The notes beneath the pieces are model-generated. The model was not told where the DNA came from. It saw nothing but the letters and a program-made list of their open reading frames with translations, and did not search any database. Made by a program: the position numbers and the translations under genes. From contig CAWDYC010000009.1 in NCBI GenBank assembly GCA_963806535.1, forward strand, positions 1-64,000: a DNA stretch of 64,000 bases, in the 5' to 3' direction. This stretch comes from Candidatus Bathyarchaeota archaeon (lineage in GTDB: Archaea > Thermoproteota > Bathyarchaeia > Bathyarchaeales > Bathycorpusculaceae). Below, one piece after another: positions 60,131-64,000 of the stretch (its first letter is position 1; each line of letters begins with the position of its first letter).

Positions 60131-61390
60131 TTGACAAAGGTCAAAGTGTATGCTTTGACAGGCATTTGTTTTCTTTTGTTAATCTGCACTTTTTTTCCCA
60201 TTGAGGTTTCAGGGCAAACAGAGGCAAATCGAAATAGCGTTCGATTGTTCGCAAGTGGAAATATTCAGCAAACAGATAAGACCACATTAGAATCTCATGT
60301 TAAAGAAAGTTTCAGTTCTCTTAATAAAACATCTACTTATTGTATCGAAAAATTTGAGGGCTATACCTGCTGGGGCGATGGATTAACAAGCAAACTTATT
60401 GACTATAGCAACAATGATACGTATATAGCTTCAAATGCGTTTGGTAATTGTTCAAGTGGCAATATACTTTTCAAAAACGGAGAATATGTTTTTGACCAAA
60501 CGTTGTTTTTGCACAGCGACTTGAGGATAGAAGGCGAAGGTCCGACAACAATATTGCGATGGAATGTTGCAGTTCACGGATTACTAGCAGTTGGCCATAT
60601 TGGCGATGAGATAACAAACGTAACTGTTGAAAATCTTACAATTACTGCACCTAGATTTAGCCACATAGATCAAAACTCAGCAAACGGTATCTATTTTTAC
60701 GCCGTAAATGATAGCTACATAAATAATGTAGATGTAATTGGAACATCATGCAGCAATATAAGGCTAAACAATTGTTTCAGAGTCAATATTGCAAGATGCC
60801 AAATTCAAAACGGAAATATAGGTATTCTAAATGTTGAAAGTCTCAATTCAACTATAGAGAATAACACAATAAGTTCACAAATTGGTCACGGGATAGACAA
60901 TAATAAAGCTGTCAATGCGGATATAAAAGGAAATTATGTGATTAGTGGAAGGGGTGGTATTAGTTTCGATGATAGCTGTAACATAACAATTGAGAACAAT
61001 ACTGTTTCAAATTGTGACGAAGTGGGTATAACTGGAACTAAGTATGATAACACTCGTTTTGGCTCCAAATTCTTCACAATAGTTGGAAATCAAATATCAA
61101 ACATTGGTTTCTATAATGGAACCGACGGGCACGGGATAAGAATAGTCAATTCAAGCTATGGCTTAATTGAGAATAATACAGTTGAATTTTGTGCTGCTTC
61201 CGGAATGAGCTTAGAAAACCACAGCACAAAAAATGTTTTGAGAACTAATACTTGTAAAAATAATACTGACTTTGGCATATATATAGCAAGTCAAGATGTT
61301 ACTTTTTCTTTAGTTTTGCACAATCAATTGACAAATAATTACAAAGAAAATTTTCTTGACAACGGTTTACATACAATGTTCGTTAAATAG
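60131..61390 (+). CDS. Secreted right-handed parallel beta-helix protein (pectate lyase/NosD-like)
   Basis: Signal peptide; G.G..TIL; repeated IENNT and GI motifs. Confidence 0.85.
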   Translation: MTKVKVYALTGICFLLLICTFFPIEVSGQTEANRNSVRLFASGNIQQTDKTTLESHVKESFSSLNKTSTYCIEKFEGYTCWGDGLTSKLIDYSNNDTYIASNAFGNCSSGNILFKNGEYVFDQTLFLHSDLRIEGEGPTTILRWNVAVHGLLAVGHIGDEITNVTVENLTITAPRFSHIDQNSANGIYFYAVNDSYINNVDVIGTSCSNIRLNNCFRVNIARCQIQNGNIGILNVESLNSTIENNTISSQIGHGIDNNKAVNADIKGNYVISGRGGISFDDSCNITIENNTVSNCDEVGITGTKYDNTRFGSKFFTIVGNQISNIGFYNGTDGHGIRIVNSSYGLIENNTVEFCAASGMSLENHSTKNVLRTNTCKNNTDFGIYIASQDVTFSLVLHNQLTNNYKENFLDNGLHTMFVK

Positions 61391-61414
61391 AGAAAGTTTA
61401 TTGAAGATCTAGGT

Positions 61415-63565
61415 TTAAGGAGAAAAGTATTTCGCAGAATCGTATATTTGAGCATTGCCATCATCGAATATTTTGTCGCTTGATTGTAATACTATGTTTA
61501 ATGTTAAATTTTGAATAGGGGCGTTTGTAGTCATAATTCGGCTAGCTGGAGCAAAGTCAGGATTCATTAATCTAACAGTTCCATTTTTAATATTTTCTTG
61601 GCCTAAGAAAATGTAGCAATTTGAGAGATCGTTAATTATTTGATTTTTTCCCTCAAAAGCAAGGAAGCTTCCTGTCATCATCATCAATAAGTGTGCACCA
61701 TTTAGATCTGCATACGTAGGCAAATATGCGTTACCATAAGTGCCAATCCAAATACTTGCCTGAACTTCGGTCTCAGTGAAATGTGGTTGCCAGGCATCAG
61801 TAAAAGAAATTGGAACATTAATTGGTTGATGCGCAATTTCATAAATAAGACCAGAATTAATTAAGAGAAAAACTAAAAGAAAGATGGCTAGAATCTTTGG
61901 CGATAGATCATGTGAATCGATCTTTGCTCCTCTGAAAAGCCTGTGAGTAAAATTAAGTATCTTATTTATTAATAGAAGACCACCTGTGGAAAAGTATAAT
62001 GATAGAAAAATTAGATTAAGATCATATAGCCGATCGGTGTTTATTGTTGAGGAAAAATAAGGAACCAACAAACCAGTTAAACTAATCGCGAAACTCCCAA
62101 GTGAAATGGCAAGAAACTCGCCGTTAATCTTGTTCTCACGTTTTTTCTGCCAGATTAAAACATAAACAATTCCAACTGAAATAAACACTACCGAAAGCAA
62201 GTTGATGAATTTTGTAAGCTCATGCAAAGGCACTGTCGTTGGTTTCGATAATAATAGCAAGCCTTGTGAGTATCCAGTGCATGAAAAGATTTGGAAAATA
62301 CTACTCGCCGTCGTCTTCCCGATAGTAACTAGATTCTGCAAAATTGAACCGCTTGAAAACGAATAAGCCCAAACTAGTGTAATGATAGCAAACAGCATTA
62401 CAAAAATCTCGTTGATTACTTTGCCACTAGTGTGTCTCACTTTGTTTTTTAGGAACAATGAGCTTACAAGTGAACCTACCGCTATGAGGAGAAAAATAGA
62501 CGAAAGCGCATAATGCGAAATAATTAAACCGACAGAAAAAACAATGGATAATGCAAGGCTAGTTCGGTCAAACTTGTTTCTAACGACTATTAAAAGAAGT
62601 AAAACAAGAAACATAGCCGCAATCTGGAAACGTGCCAAACCCAATGTTATTGTGTAAAATGTGGAGATGGCCATAAAGAGGAAAACGGAAAAAACAGCAT
62701 TTCTTGATCCAATCTGTCTTTTAACAACTTCGTACAATCCTAAAGGAACTAACGAAAATAGTGCTGTATAGAAAATTTTGAAAACCCAAGTTAAATCTAA
62801 TTTGCTTGCCTCTGCAAACAATGGGGCAAGTATCACTATTCCAGGCATTGCGTTGTAATTAATTGGTATAGCCGAATTCCAAAATGAGTTTTTCAACACC
62901 AGACTTGCAAAGTAGTATTCCCAAGAACTATCCCCCCACTCGACCAAATAGTTTGAAATTAAAGAATTATGAAACAATAGAGCAAGCGCAATTGTAACTA
63001 TCGCCAGTGGATACAAATTTTTGGGAATTTTTTTGAATCCGACAAGGACTGGAACAATCGAGATAAGAACAATCAACAGCATGAGAACAAAGTTGCTTTT
63101 GTAAACATTCATTATTAAAGCGCCAATGATACTTATCACGGGGAGAGATAACAAGAAAGAAATCATTTTCCAGTCAAATTTTGGAATTTTCAGGGATAGA
63201 AAGCTTTTTGAGGCTTTTTTCGCTTTCTCTCTGAAATAGACAAGGATACAAGAACCGAAAACAACAAATGTTAATACGCCAATAAAAGGAATTAAAGTCA
63301 GTGGTTTGGATATAATTGGGTATAATGAGTTTAAAATAATGCCAGTGAATAGCGCCGTAGCAATGCTCAAACCCACTGAAAATAGTATGATCTCAGTTTT
63401 GGTTAATTCCGAAAATTTTAAGGCTCTAAGAATTGACCGCCCAGGAATAAACGAAATGTAAACGAAAACTATAACTGGTCGGAGGATCGGAATGTCAAAG
63501 AAAATAGCTATCAAAGCAGCTATTTGAATGGCACTTATAGCTATTAAGAATTCTTTGGTTTCCAA
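61415..63565 (-). CDS. DUF2206 multi-pass membrane protein (GT-C-like, glycosylation loci)
   Basis: ~18 TM; FSVGLS, L..SL.S.YL..GD...EYY, HYA, DRLY, KIFDDG. Confidence 0.8.
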   Translation of the reverse strand: METKEFLIAISAIQIAALIAIFFDIPILRPVIVFVYISFIPGRSILRALKFSELTKTEIILFSVGLSIATALFTGIILNSLYPIISKPLTLIPFIGVLTFVVFGSCILVYFREKAKKASKSFLSLKIPKFDWKMISFLLSLPVISIIGALIMNVYKSNFVLMLLIVLISIVPVLVGFKKIPKNLYPLAIVTIALALLFHNSLISNYLVEWGDSSWEYYFASLVLKNSFWNSAIPINYNAMPGIVILAPLFAEASKLDLTWVFKIFYTALFSLVPLGLYEVVKRQIGSRNAVFSVFLFMAISTFYTITLGLARFQIAAMFLVLLLLIVVRNKFDRTSLALSIVFSVGLIISHYALSSIFLLIAVGSLVSSLFLKNKVRHTSGKVINEIFVMLFAIITLVWAYSFSSGSILQNLVTIGKTTASSIFQIFSCTGYSQGLLLLSKPTTVPLHELTKFINLLSVVFISVGIVYVLIWQKKRENKINGEFLAISLGSFAISLTGLLVPYFSSTINTDRLYDLNLIFLSLYFSTGGLLLINKILNFTHRLFRGAKIDSHDLSPKILAIFLLVFLLINSGLIYEIAHQPINVPISFTDAWQPHFTETEVQASIWIGTYGNAYLPTYADLNGAHLLMMMTGSFLAFEGKNQIINDLSNCYIFLGQENIKNGTVRLMNPDFAPASRIMTTNAPIQNLTLNIVLQSSDKIFDDGNAQIYDSAKYFSP

Positions 63566-63603
63566 GTCATCACTTACAATTTTGGTTTTTGTTCTTCAAA
63601 GTT

Positions 63604-64000
63604 TCAGGAAGAAAATAGAAAAACATAAGCCAGAAGTTTTGCGGCCAGAAAGTTTATGAGTGAAACTTTTACGCGTCTTGTTTTATGTGATACACTGTTA
63701 GATCCTTTCAGGACCGGTTCTTTTTGCAGAATAAGCACTCCACGCAAGTATTTAATTGCAACGTCAATCATTAGTTTAAGGTCATACAGGGTTAAACTCT
63801 TTAGAAGTTGTAAACCATAAAAATGTCTTGCAACGAATTTCACGCGACTCTTTTGTGCGAGGTAACTATGTTTCAAAGAGTTTTTTCCGAAGGATACCGA
63901 CCCGAAATGATACACAATAGCCCTTGGTGCAATTATGATTTTGTAGCCTGCTTCTTTCACTCTGAAACAAAGGTCAGTATCCTCGTAGTAAGTGTAGGCG
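63604..64000 (-). CDS. GT2 glycosyltransferase, C-terminal part (5'-partial)
   Basis: YYEDTDLCFR.KEAGYKI...P.A.VYH.GS. Confidence 0.85.
   Translation of the reverse strand, partial: AYTYYEDTDLCFRVKEAGYKIIIAPRAIVYHFGSVSFGKNSLKHSYLAQKSRVKFVARHFYGLQLLKSLTLYDLKLMIDVAIKYLRGVLILQKEPVLKGSNSVSHKTRRVKVSLINFLAAKLLAYVFLFSS

Noticed and set aside
59310-64000. AT-richer end region as a mobile element
   Set aside because: Content (GT2, DUF2206, beta-helix protein) is an ordinary variable glycosylation locus; no integrase, transposase or att site seen.

Overview
Archaeal chromosomal segment (AT-rich, TACK-type gene set: Trm1, archaeal DnaG, PolB3-type polymerase, THEP1 NTPase, archaeal PyrH/YchF, DUF2206). 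The protein style most resembles Bathyarchaeia; this is inference from recalled family features, not a search result. About 20 otherwise intact genes are split by single-base indels, most likely long-read assembly error, so they are treated as genes rather than pseudogenes. Main content: (1) a co-oriented 0-7 kb redox operon with a secreted protein, a DsbD_2/TauE-like membrane protein, a NapH-like membrane polyferredoxin, a double-cubane-cluster (DCCP)-type reductase, a BzdP/BzdQ-type heterodimeric ATP-dependent activator and a BzdM-like ferredoxin; (2) four copies of an unannotated intergenic module (conserved ~48-nt leader followed by a phased 10-bp repeat array) flanking a GT4 gene; (3) a glucosylglycerate synthesis cluster beside tRNA-Ala(CGC); (4) a stand-alone NurA-HerA pair; (5) three ABC exporters, one under a PadR with a 12-bp-periodic operator; (6) a CheB-CheR-PAS-histidine kinase fusion; (7) a PolB with degenerate proofreading motifs converging on a dnaG that appears to start at ACG; (8) the start of a surface-glycosylation locus. 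No CRISPR array, rRNA or transposase was seen.
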